Counted from the stretch's first letter, positions 8,596 through 16,848 are shown. The stretch: DNA of 24,000 nt from Grimontia celer (GCF_900055185.1 NZ_FIZX01000002.1:228586-252585); one strand, 5' to 3'. Notes: generated from the letters alone by a model not told the origin. Numbers and translations are program-made.

Positions 8596-9351
8596 ATGTG
8601 TACTGTCAGCTGGTTGCTGAACGATACCGGATACGACGTTTTCTTTAACCGTGATGAGCAAAAGGGTCGTGCGATTGCGCGTCCACCCCAACGTTTTCAG
8701 GACAAAGGCACTGCGTTTCTGATGCCCGTGGATCCTGATGGTGGCGGCACCTGGATTGCGACCAACCAACACGGACTCTCGCTTTGTCTGCTGAACTACT
8801 ATCAGGGAGATATCCCTGAGTTGCCTCTCATTAGCCGCGGGTTGCTGGTAAAAATGCTGGCGTCCTCATCATCTGTGGCAGAAGTGGTTAATACGCTCAA
8901 TGAGCTCCATATGGGCTCCTACGCGCCTTTCACCTTGTTGGTATTTGCGCCCGATTTAAACGCGCACCACGGCCATGTAATTGCTTTCCAATGGGATGGT
9001 CACGTGTTGACGCAGCGACCGAGTGTTGAACCAATGATCTCCTCGTCTGTGGCATTTCAGGAAGTGATGATTGCAAGGCGCGAGGCTTTCAAAAATATCA
9101 TGACAGAACCGCAGACGGTCGAGAAAGCCTGGGCGTTTCACAAGAGCCACGTCCCTGAAGCTGGGTACAAATCCGTCTGTATGCACCGTGACGACGCCAA
9201 CACAGTGAGCTTTACTCACCTGAGCGCGACGCCAGGTGCAATGGAAATGGTTTATGTCGATGGACCGCCATGCCGAAACGGCCCAGCGGTGACAGAAACT
9301 TTAGTTCGCAAGGTACCTAACATGCGTTTGGTGGCCAGCGAAAAAAGGTGA
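8596..9351 (+). CDS. NRDE / TANGO2-like protein (predicted N-terminal-Cys Ntn-hydrolase-like fold)
   Basis: 251-aa ORF beginning MCTVSW...VFFNRDE, i.e. Cys2 plus the eponymous NRDE motif. The ATG directly abuts the upstream TGA (8593-8595). GGAGA lies 7 nt upstream. Confidence 0.85.
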   Translation: MCTVSWLLNDTGYDVFFNRDEQKGRAIARPPQRFQDKGTAFLMPVDPDGGGTWIATNQHGLSLCLLNYYQGDIPELPLISRGLLVKMLASSSSVAEVVNTLNELHMGSYAPFTLLVFAPDLNAHHGHVIAFQWDGHVLTQRPSVEPMISSSVAFQEVMIARREAFKNIMTEPQTVEKAWAFHKSHVPEAGYKSVCMHRDDANTVSFTHLSATPGAMEMVYVDGPPCRNGPAVTETLVRKVPNMRLVASEKR

Positions 9352-9418
9352 AATTTTTACCTCCCCGACAGGTTCTTATTTAGCAAGCGAACCTGCCCAA
9401 AATAATAAGGAGTGAAAG

Positions 9419-9844
9419 ATGTCTCGCGTACTGTTACTGCTAACTTTGTTGTTCTCACCACTGACCTTCGCCGCCGATATTTATACTGGCTTTTTCAGCA
9501 GCAAAGCGGTGAGCGGTTATGACACTGTGTCTTTCTTCGATGGCACACCAGTCAAAGGTAAATCAGATTTCAAAACTGAATATCAGGGTGCTGACTGGTT
9601 GTTCTCAAGCCAGGAAAACCTCGATAAGTTTCTCGCAGACCCAGAGAAATATGCACCGCAATACGGTGGCTACTGTGCGTGGGCAATTGCTGAGAAAGAT
9701 GATCTGGCACCGGGCGATCCTGAGTTCTGGACGATCGTCGATAACAAGCTGTACCTGAACTACGACGATTCAGTGCAGAAAGCATGGGAAAAAGATATCC
9801 CGGGCTTTATCGACCTTGGCGACAAGAATTGGTCTAAGCGCTAA
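9419..9844 (+). CDS. Periplasmic YHS-domain protein
   Basis: 141-aa ORF with signal peptide MSRVLLLLTLLFSPLTFA/AD. Family pattern: AVSGYDTVSFF...KG...W.F.S.EN...F..DPEKYAPQYGGYCAWA...KLYLNY. A strong AAGGAG sits upstream. Confidence 0.85.
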   Translation: MSRVLLLLTLLFSPLTFAADIYTGFFSSKAVSGYDTVSFFDGTPVKGKSDFKTEYQGADWLFSSQENLDKFLADPEKYAPQYGGYCAWAIAEKDDLAPGDPEFWTIVDNKLYLNYDDSVQKAWEKDIPGFIDLGDKNWSKR

Positions 9845-9878
9845 GCCAGCCTGTTTAACTGGAAATGGAGAGTCATGA

Positions 9879-11621
9879 ATGATCAGTCCCTTTCAGATCC
9901 CGAGAAAAACGCCGTTTGGTGTGATTGAAAAAGCACTGGAGTCCGTGACAGGCCTTCGGGCCTTGGATAAGCACTACCGTCGTCGTCCGGAAGGGATAGA
10001 CACCGATCATTTTCTCTCCTATACCTTGGATGTGCTCGGCATTGACTACACCGTCTCTGCCGAGGACATGAACAATATCCCGACTACTGGCAGCACAGTC
10101 GTCGTGGCCAATCACCCGCTTGGCGGTGTGGAAGGCGTTATCCTTGCCAAGTTGCTTCGTCAGGTGCGCCCTGATGTGAAAGTGCTGGCAAATTACTATC
10201 TCAAACGTATTCCTGAACTCAGCGACATCTTTATCGGTGTGGATGTGTTTGAAGGGGAGAGTGCGCGTAAGGCGAACCTAAGGGCGTTACGCGAAGCACA
10301 TCAGCATGTCAGCGATGGTGGATTGCTGTTGATTTTCCCTGCTGGTGAAGTCTCGACGTTTGACGAAGATGGACAGCTAAAAGATAAAGCATGGAGCCGC
10401 TCAGTTGCTGCTTTGGTGAAAAAGCACAAGGCGACAGCGTTACCGATTTATATTGGCGGTCAGAACAGCCGTAAATTCTATCGCGCGGGGCGCATCCATC
10501 CGCTGCTCCGCACCGCGATGCTGGCACGTGAACTTCTCAATAAACGGGGCGATTCCATCCCACTTTCCATTGGTGAACCTATTGCATGGAAAGAGTGTCG
10601 GTCATTTGATAGCGACGACGCCTTGGTGAATTATCTCAGGCTCAATACTTACCTGCTCAACCGTGAGCAAGCGGTGACTGCCGTTGAGTTGGAACAGGCA
10701 GGCGAACCCATCATTGCGCCGCAGCCTGTCGATGCCATAGAGCAGGAACTGACGACATTGTCAGCGGAAGCAAAGCTTCTGTCGTCCAATGAGTTTGATG
10801 TCTACTGCACGGAAAGCGCGCATATTCCGGTGATCCTTCAGGAAATCGGCAGAATGCGCGAAGTGAATTTCCGTGCTGTTGGTGAAGGCACTGGCATGGC
10901 CTGTGATATCGACGAATACGATGATTACTACTTGCATTTGTTTATCTGGGACAGGGAAGCACGACAAATGGTTGGTGCTTACCGTTTGGGTAAAGTGCAG
11001 GAAATCGTGGCAGAGAAAGGGTTGGATGGGCTCTATTCCCGCAGCCTCTTTCAATACGACGGCCGCTTTGTCGAAAGCATGGGCAACTCGCTGGAAATGG
11101 GCCGTTCGGTGATTGATGAAAAGTACCAGCGAAGCCTGTCAGCCCTGCTGCTGCTCTGGAAAGGGATTGCTGCTTACGTGAGCAAACATCCAGATATCAC
11201 CACCTTGTTTGGCCCTGTCAGCATCAGCAACGACTACCCGCTGACTGCGCGTCGTCTTCTGGCTGAGAGCCTGAGTGTGCACCACTATGACGAGAACATT
11301 GCTCAGCTGGTGGAACCGACTACACCGCTGGAAACGTCTTCGCCTGTGCCTTGGCATACTTCAATGCTTGCAGGACTTGGCGATTTGCAGTTGTTGTCGC
11401 GAGTGATCAGCCGCATGAGCCAGGGCTTGGGCGTACCTGTGCTACTGAGGCAATACCTTGGCTTAAATGGCAAACTGGTGTGCTTTAACGTGGATCCAGC
11501 GTTCAACAATGCCTTGGATGGCTTGATTATGGTGGACTTGCGGAATGTGCCTGTGAAGACGCTCGGCAGATACATGGGCAAAGAACAAGCAGAAACGTAT
11601 CTCGACTATCACCAGTCATAA
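9879..11621 (+). CDS. olsF: Bifunctional acyltransferase: N-terminal PlsC-like O-acyltransferase plus C-terminal OlsB/GNAT-like N-acyltransferase (OlsF-like aminolipid synthase)
   Basis: 580-aa ORF. The N-terminal domain has VVANHPLGGVEG (H-x5-E variant of the acyltransferase H(X)4D box) and IFPAGEVS. The C-terminal half has REVNFRAVGEGTG...DEYDDYYLHLFIWD, typical of the hemolysin-like/OlsB N-acyltransferase family. Domain order and length match OlsF as described in Serratia and Vibrio. The symbol is tentative. Confidence 0.7.
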   Translation: MISPFQIPRKTPFGVIEKALESVTGLRALDKHYRRRPEGIDTDHFLSYTLDVLGIDYTVSAEDMNNIPTTGSTVVVANHPLGGVEGVILAKLLRQVRPDVKVLANYYLKRIPELSDIFIGVDVFEGESARKANLRALREAHQHVSDGGLLLIFPAGEVSTFDEDGQLKDKAWSRSVAALVKKHKATALPIYIGGQNSRKFYRAGRIHPLLRTAMLARELLNKRGDSIPLSIGEPIAWKECRSFDSDDALVNYLRLNTYLLNREQAVTAVELEQAGEPIIAPQPVDAIEQELTTLSAEAKLLSSNEFDVYCTESAHIPVILQEIGRMREVNFRAVGEGTGMACDIDEYDDYYLHLFIWDREARQMVGAYRLGKVQEIVAEKGLDGLYSRSLFQYDGRFVESMGNSLEMGRSVIDEKYQRSLSALLLLWKGIAAYVSKHPDITTLFGPVSISNDYPLTARRLLAESLSVHHYDENIAQLVEPTTPLETSSPVPWHTSMLAGLGDLQLLSRVISRMSQGLGVPVLLRQYLGLNGKLVCFNVDPAFNNALDGLIMVDLRNVPVKTLGRYMGKEQAETYLDYHQS

Positions 11622-11639
11622 AACCAAGCTGGCACCAAC

Positions 11640-11668
11640 AAAAAAGCGCCGGAACCCGGCGCTTTTTT
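11640..11668. terminator. Bidirectional rho-independent terminator between olsF-like gene and OM barrel gene
   Basis: Perfect 8-bp GC-rich stem agcgccgg (11645-11652) / ccggcgct (11656-11663), loop aac. It is flanked by A6 (11640-11645) and T6 (11663-11668), so both convergent transcripts see a U-tract. Confidence 0.9.
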
Positions 11669-11682
11669 GGTGTTCATAACAT

Positions 11683-12198
11683 TTAGAAATTCAGGCTGGC
11701 ACCAACACCAATAGAGCTGGTTTCTGCACTGCCCGCATCACGGTAAGTCAGTTCTACCGCAAGACCAGGACCAATGCCTGGAGACAAGTTAATACCTACC
11801 GCGCCCAGCAGACCCCATCCATCTTCTTTTTCCATCGCGTAGGTATTATCGTAATAGTTGCCACCGCCACGCACATACACATCACCCAAAACGATAGGAA
11901 TGTTCACCTGAAGTGCTAACGGGATGGAAGTAGATGTGAAATCTTGGTCGACACCGTTTTCATCTGGAATGTCGGCAGTCGTTTCACCATAACCCGTGTA
12001 AATACTGGTGAAGTCGTTCAGGTGCAGCTTACCGTTAATGGCCCAGAAATAACCGGTCGCGCTACGGCCCTTATATTTCACATCGGTGATACCTGCATCG
12101 GCACCCACAGAGATAGGCAGGATCAGCGCAGAGGCCGAGGTTGCAAAAAGGGCTGAACTTAATGCAGCCAGCGTTATCAGTTTCTTAGATTTAGCCAT
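11683..12198 (-). CDS. Small outer-membrane beta-barrel protein (8-stranded OmpA-like/OmpW-like class)
   Basis: The preferred start is MAKSKKLITLAALSSALFATSASA (signal peptide) at 12198; the track start at 12252 adds 18 non-signal residues. The sequence shows an alternating amphipathic beta pattern. The C-terminus ...GVGASLNF ends in Phe, the usual OMP signature. Confidence 0.75.
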   Translation of the reverse strand: MAKSKKLITLAALSSALFATSASALILPISVGADAGITDVKYKGRSATGYFWAINGKLHLNDFTSIYTGYGETTADIPDENGVDQDFTSTSIPLALQVNIPIVLGDVYVRGGGNYYDNTYAMEKEDGWGLLGAVGINLSPGIGPGLAVELTYRDAGSAETSSIGVGASLNF

Positions 12199-12363
12199 GT
12201 GGTCACCCCGTTTAGAAAAGCGCTCACCAGTAGCAAGCTTGCGACAAAACATATGGAATTCAGTTTAGGAGTGAATCGGCGGTGTAGCGGGGGAACTGAA
12301 CAGCTTTTGACAACAAGATCAGATATTTGTGAGCTGTACCAAAACAATCTGCTGTTAACGTGA

Positions 12364-12387
12364 CAAAAACGGCACCCGAAGGTGCCG
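12364..12387 (-). terminator. Rho-independent terminator of the DUF445-like gene
   Basis: 7-bp stem cggcacc (12370-12376) / ggtgccg (12381-12387). On the - strand the loop reads UUCG and the stem is followed by TTTTTG (complement of 12364-12369). It lies 26 nt after the stop codon. Confidence 0.75.
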
Positions 12388-12412
12388 TAAGCGTGCATCA
12401 GTGAAGGCTTTA

Positions 12413-13120
12413 TCAGGCTGCAACGAGTGCTGAAATTACGCCAATGACACCGCCGAACACGCCACCCCAGACGACCAGCCAGCCAAGGTGCTCACGGATC
12501 ATCTTCTGAACAATTTCTTTGACCATTTCTGGCGTCAGTTCATCCAGGCGTTGCTCGATAACCGACTCGATGTTAGCCGTGATATCACCCATCATTTCCG
12601 GTTGCTCAATTTGGCCTTTCAGCGCCTCACGGAAGTTATCTTGCTGAGTAATGTCGACTACGGAGGTTTTCATTTTCTCCACGAATGGCTGGCGCAGTGG
12701 TGCCAGTGCTTCCGAACCGCCCATCATGGCGAGCATACCGCCAAAAGGACTGTTGTTGATCACTTCTACCAAGCCATCAAACGTTGGGTTGAAATCGATT
12801 TGCTCAATCACAGGCTCAAGATTCATCGCGGTGCCGGCAGACATTTCTTTATTCAGGAAACGATCAACATTTTCCTTGGTAAAGAACTGGTCCATCATCA
12901 ATGATTTGATGCCAAGCTTGAATGCCTCAAAACGCGCCTGAATAACACCAGAACCGTAAAGACCCGGCACTTTTTCAAACAGCATGTGAACGGCCAACAA
13001 GTTGGTCAGCGAGCCGGACAGCGCAAATAGACCACCGTAAAGTGCCAGTGGTTGTTCAAAGTAGTAACCCGCTGCGAAAACTGCTGCCGCGATAAGATTG
13101 GTCAAAAAGCTTTTGTTCAT
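12413..13120 (-). CDS. Membrane protein, DUF445-like
   Basis: 235-aa ORF with N- and C-terminal TM segments (...LIAAAVFAAGYYF..., ...WLVVWGGVFGGVIGVISALVAA) flanking a soluble helical core. The family call rests on weak by-eye recognition only. Confidence 0.55.
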   Translation of the reverse strand: MNKSFLTNLIAAAVFAAGYYFEQPLALYGGLFALSGSLTNLLAVHMLFEKVPGLYGSGVIQARFEAFKLGIKSLMMDQFFTKENVDRFLNKEMSAGTAMNLEPVIEQIDFNPTFDGLVEVINNSPFGGMLAMMGGSEALAPLRQPFVEKMKTSVVDITQQDNFREALKGQIEQPEMMGDITANIESVIEQRLDELTPEMVKEIVQKMIREHLGWLVVWGGVFGGVIGVISALVAA

Positions 13121-13199
13121 TGTTTTTGCTCAATTTGTGCACTTGGAATTGGCGATGATTTTAGACAAGTCGAAGACAACGAACAACATGGCTTTTACA

Positions 13200-13958
13200 T
13201 CAAAACAGAGAAGAGAAAGACTGACGTTCCTGAATTTTTGTAAGAACGCGGCTAAGGGAATCCTGCAAATAACCATGGACATAATTACCCATACTGATCC
13301 GATTGACGCCTAATTGTTCAAGCGTGCCGAAATCTGGCAGGGTGGGTGTACACATGATATTCAGCGGAATCGCGATGACATTGGCAATGGCTTTGATATC
13401 TTCTGGCTTTGAGAGAAACGGCACGAACAGGCCATTGGCTCCTGCATCTGCATATCGCTGCGCTCGTCCAATCGTTTCTTCCTTCGCGTTATCTAAACCA
13501 AGCAAAAACGTATCGGTACGGACATTGATAAACACTTCATTTCGCTGACTGCCCAATAGCTTGATGATGTCTCTCAGTTTCTGCTGGAAGTCATCTGCGT
13601 TTTCAAGAACTCTTTCGCCTGCATGCATTTTACTGTCTTCGATGTTAATACCTTTGACGCCCATCTCGATGAGCGCGCGAATATTCGCGGCAATTTGATC
13701 TGCGCTTTCCCCATAGCCAGATTCAATATCCACATTCAGCGGCAAGGTAGAACAGGCAAGGATCCGCCTGACGATGAACAAGAGCTCATCGAATGTCATG
13801 GCTTCGCCATCTTCATAACCCAGAGAATGCGCAATGGCAGCGCTGGAGGTGCCAATGGTTCTGTAGCCCAGTGACTCAGCAATTTTAGCGCTGTTTGCAT
13901 CCCAGACATTTCCCAGCAAATACATTGGTTCGCTGGTGGATAACTGATAAAAATCCAT
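13200..13958 (-). CDS. Isocitrate lyase / PEP mutase superfamily enzyme (methylisocitrate-lyase-like)
   Basis: 252-aa ORF with characteristic motifs: GNVWDANSAKIAESLGY..IGTSSAAIA, LPLNVDIESGYGE, GINIEDS. Confidence 0.85.
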   Translation of the reverse strand: MDFYQLSTSEPMYLLGNVWDANSAKIAESLGYRTIGTSSAAIAHSLGYEDGEAMTFDELLFIVRRILACSTLPLNVDIESGYGESADQIAANIRALIEMGVKGINIEDSKMHAGERVLENADDFQQKLRDIIKLLGSQRNEVFINVRTDTFLLGLDNAKEETIGRAQRYADAGANGLFVPFLSKPEDIKAIANVIAIPLNIMCTPTLPDFGTLEQLGVNRISMGNYVHGYLQDSLSRVLTKIQERQSFSSLF

Positions 13959-14172
13959 ACGTGCTCCGTTTTTCTGTATAAAGTTGAGATAACTTTATCG
14001 TGTTTAGTCTTGAATGCTGGCCGAATACGGAACTGAACCCAAATCGCAGTTGAACAAGGGTGATTATTCCCGCGAAGTTAGAGACATAGCTCAGAGTTGA
14101 AGCACGAACATTTACCGTCTGGCTAGTCCACACCTACACTCATTGCGTCGACGGAATACGTAAAGAATCGGA

Positions 14173-14862
14173 ATGACGCTTCGTTTTGGGATTGCCGTTT
14201 TGCTAGCCTTGTCGTTAACCGCTTGCAGTGCAAACAACCGTCCCTTTGAATTTAAAAATCTCGCCAAATCTGACATGGACTTGATCACGGATATCCACAT
14301 TATGGAAATTCGCGATGCCATCCGTGAACTCACCGTGAAACTTTATAAGCGCAATCCTCGAGAGTTGGCCAAGGTGCCGGAGATGACCGTCTCTGAGCGC
14401 CTCGATGCTTTCATGACGGTAAAAAGACCAGAAGAAGGCTATGCGGAACTCGGAGGATTGGATGGTGTAGATGCACTTTATCTGGCGTTCTCAGAAGAGT
14501 TCGAGGGAGACAGAGTCTTTGCTTTGATGGTTGGAATTACCGGCATGATCAGCGCCAGTTACAACAACCAGCTAGAATTTTACCTTCTCGACGATATTGA
14601 TCAGCAAAAGCTCTACAACAGTGCCCGTAATCTGGAAACTGTCGCCTGGTTGCTTAATACAAGGAAAGACATACAGGGTGAGCTGATGTTACTGAGCAAC
14701 GGTATCGCACTGGATGGCACACCCAATTACAGCTATGAGCGGGTGCTGGCGAAGATGATCGTGATTCAGGATATGATGGCCAAGATGGTATCTGACAGCA
14801 CCAATCGTCATATCAACCAAGTCGTGCATGGTGTAGCTTCCATGACATTTTTCCCTATCTAA
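14173..14862 (+). CDS. Lipoprotein of unknown function
   Basis: 229-aa ORF with signal peptide and lipobox MTLRFGIAVLLALSLTAC. No family recognised. The SD is weak. Confidence 0.65.
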   Translation: MTLRFGIAVLLALSLTACSANNRPFEFKNLAKSDMDLITDIHIMEIRDAIRELTVKLYKRNPRELAKVPEMTVSERLDAFMTVKRPEEGYAELGGLDGVDALYLAFSEEFEGDRVFALMVGITGMISASYNNQLEFYLLDDIDQQKLYNSARNLETVAWLLNTRKDIQGELMLLSNGIALDGTPNYSYERVLAKMIVIQDMMAKMVSDSTNRHINQVVHGVASMTFFPI

Positions 14863-14891
14863 CGACTTCCTTCTGAGTGGGTTTATAGGGA

Positions 14892-16520
14892 CTACCCACG
14901 GCCCTCTTTACTCAGTATCGCACGGATATGTGCAATCAATTCATTCACCCGAAGTGGCTTCAACAAGAAGCCTTGAAGCTGTTGGCTTTCCCCGATTTTG
15001 TCGTCGAAATCATTGAGTCCTGTGTAGAGCACAACCGGCAGGCCTGGACTATGTTTGCGGGCCTCGTTGATGACCTGAAGCCCAGTTAGTTGAGGCATGG
15101 CCTGATCGGTCACCAGAATGTGGTACTTATCTGGCTCTCTTCCTATTTCCCAAAGCGCCTCAAGTGGGTCGCTGAAAGTATCTACCCGAAGACCAAAAAT
15201 GGGCAGGGTGGCTTTCACCACTTCAAGCATGACCTCTTCGTCATCAATAAAGACCACATTGGGCTGATCCTGATTCTCCTCGAGAGGGATACCTGAAGAG
15301 GGAAGGCTCTCAGGCCTTATCATATTGTCTTCGGAGCGTTTGCTGTATAGCGGAAGGTATATGTTGAACTCTGTACCTTCATTAATGCGTGTTTTGACGC
15401 TGATGCCACCTTGGTAGCGGCTGATGATACCGTGCACAATCGCCAGACCCATCCCGGTTCCTTCGCCGTGGGCGCGGGTGGTGAAAAACGGCTCGTAGAT
15501 GTGTTCCAACACCTTATCGACGATGCCCACGCCGTTGTCTTTTATGGTCACTTTCGCAAACATGCCGGGTTGCGCCAGCCACTCAGATTCAATGTCTTGA
15601 GCGGTGAGCTCGACGGCTGAAACATCAAAAGTAATCTGGCCTTCGCGATCTTTGCAGGCGTGATCAGCGTTAATGAGCAGGTTAGTAAGCAATTGGTGAA
15701 TGTGGGTGCTGTCAGCGTGGATGACAAGAATATCTTCCGGCAGGGTCAGTGTGAGGGATGATGTAAATTGTTTGCTCATCTTCAACGCGTGGGCCACTTC
15801 CTCGCAGATGCGGTTGAGATCAAGCTCGATCCTGTCTTCATCCTGCTTACGACTGAATGTGAGGATCTGTTTCACCAATAATCGCCCGCGTTCCAGCACT
15901 TCCTCAAGCTTCTCTAAATGTTCCCCAACGCGACCGTAAGAGGGCGTACTTTCGAGTTTTAGGGTAATGAGATCCGCAAGCCCAAACGCGATACCAAGCA
16001 AGTTGTTGAACTCATGGGCAATCCCTCCGGCAAACGCTCCCAGCGCTTCCATTTTTTTTGCCTGCATCAGTTGTGCTGCAAGCTGGTGGTTCAACTCTTC
16101 ACTGTGTTTCTGGCGGGTGATGTCTTTGTCTATGCCGACCATGCGCAATGCCACACCGTTTTCGTCTCTTTCAACGACTTTGCCGCGATCGAGATTCCAA
16201 CGGTACTGGCCGTTCTTCATACGAAGGCGATTTTCATGTTCATGGATCTCGACTTCGCCGTTGATGTGCGCACGTAGCGCCTTCCAGGTGGACTCCACAT
16301 CATCAGGGTGCAGCATAGATTGCCACTGCTCGATAGAAGAGGAGACCTCCTGGTTTTCATAACCCAGCGTTTTGTACCAACTGCCGGTCAGGTAAAGCTT
16401 GTTCTCAGTGATTTGCCAGTCGTAAATACCGTCTGAGGCAATGTTGATGGCATGCTTGAGCCGCTCATTCTCTGCTTCAAGTTCCGCAATACGTTTTCGC
16501 AGCTCATCGCTCTCAGACAT
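14892..16520 (-). CDS. Soluble hybrid sensor histidine kinase (coiled coil - PAS - HisKA - HATPase - REC)
   Basis: 542-aa ORF with no TM segment. Motifs in order: leucine-zipper-like ELRKRIAELEAENERLK; PAS/PAC (...WQSMLHPDD...NGQYRW...VGIDKDITRQK); H-box GGIAHEFNNLLG; N-box LLTNLLINADHA; G-boxes DNGVGI and GTGMGLAIV. The C-terminal receiver has FIDDEE, LVTDQAMPQLTG and LLKPL. Confidence 0.9.
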   Translation of the reverse strand: MSESDELRKRIAELEAENERLKHAINIASDGIYDWQITENKLYLTGSWYKTLGYENQEVSSSIEQWQSMLHPDDVESTWKALRAHINGEVEIHEHENRLRMKNGQYRWNLDRGKVVERDENGVALRMVGIDKDITRQKHSEELNHQLAAQLMQAKKMEALGAFAGGIAHEFNNLLGIAFGLADLITLKLESTPSYGRVGEHLEKLEEVLERGRLLVKQILTFSRKQDEDRIELDLNRICEEVAHALKMSKQFTSSLTLTLPEDILVIHADSTHIHQLLTNLLINADHACKDREGQITFDVSAVELTAQDIESEWLAQPGMFAKVTIKDNGVGIVDKVLEHIYEPFFTTRAHGEGTGMGLAIVHGIISRYQGGISVKTRINEGTEFNIYLPLYSKRSEDNMIRPESLPSSGIPLEENQDQPNVVFIDDEEVMLEVVKATLPIFGLRVDTFSDPLEALWEIGREPDKYHILVTDQAMPQLTGLQVINEARKHSPGLPVVLYTGLNDFDDKIGESQQLQGFLLKPLRVNELIAHIRAILSKEGRG

Positions 16521-16848
16521 TATGAGTATTTACATCACTGTAGAAAAAGCTGATGTTGGTGACCTTCTGGTTGACGCCGCGGTGAAGGGAAGCGATAGGC
16601 TCTTCATCGGCGGAGACCACGTCCCAGCAACGGTTCGCCTGTTCGTCATCTTCAAAGAACATGGCCACGAGTCCCTCTTGGTCTGGCGGGGCGAGGTTGT
16701 ATCCAGGGTGGGGACGACGGGAGAAGGACTGCCATCCAATGTTGAGTCCCATGTCGTACAGTTGTTTGGCATAAGCAGTAAATGCTTGTTCAAATTCGCT
16801 CTGGTCCTGTTCAGGTTTGAGCTCATACAATCCGTGCATTGAGATCAA
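16513..16848 (-). CDS. Small acidic cytoplasmic protein of unknown function, translationally coupled to the kinase
   Basis: 111-aa ORF (TTG start, AAGGAAG 5 nt upstream; alternative ATG at 16839). Its stop overlaps the kinase start as ATGTCTGA (8-nt overlap, 16513-16520). It is the only frame here with protein-like composition. Confidence 0.65.
   Translation of the reverse strand: MISMHGLYELKPEQDQSEFEQAFTAYAKQLYDMGLNIGWQSFSRRPHPGYNLAPPDQEGLVAMFFEDDEQANRCWDVVSADEEPIASLHRGVNQKVTNISFFYSDVNTHNV

Noticed and set aside
12488-12941. 138-aa and 96-aa + strand ORFs antisense to the DUF445-like gene
   Set aside because: The - strand frame has TM segments at both ends, a terminator and sensible composition. 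The + strand frames are His/Leu/Arg-rich shadows.
14075-14150. tRNA-like D-arm sequence (gacaTAGCTCAGAGTTGAAGCAC...) in the divergent intergenic region
   Set aside because: I tried folding it as a tRNA. The D-stem has a mismatch. The putative anticodon loop ATTTACC has a pyrimidine at position 37 and an implausible UUA anticodon. There is no GTTCGAATC-type T-arm and no 3' acceptor complement downstream. It is most likely chance similarity or a very decayed fragment.
15967-16842. Alternative ORFs opposite or overlapping the kinase and the 111-aa gene (15967-16362, 16014-16277, 16441-16842, 16530-16826)
   Set aside because: They are Ser/Arg/Cys-rich with no start context. The chosen frames carry kinase motifs or a good SD with coupled stop/start.
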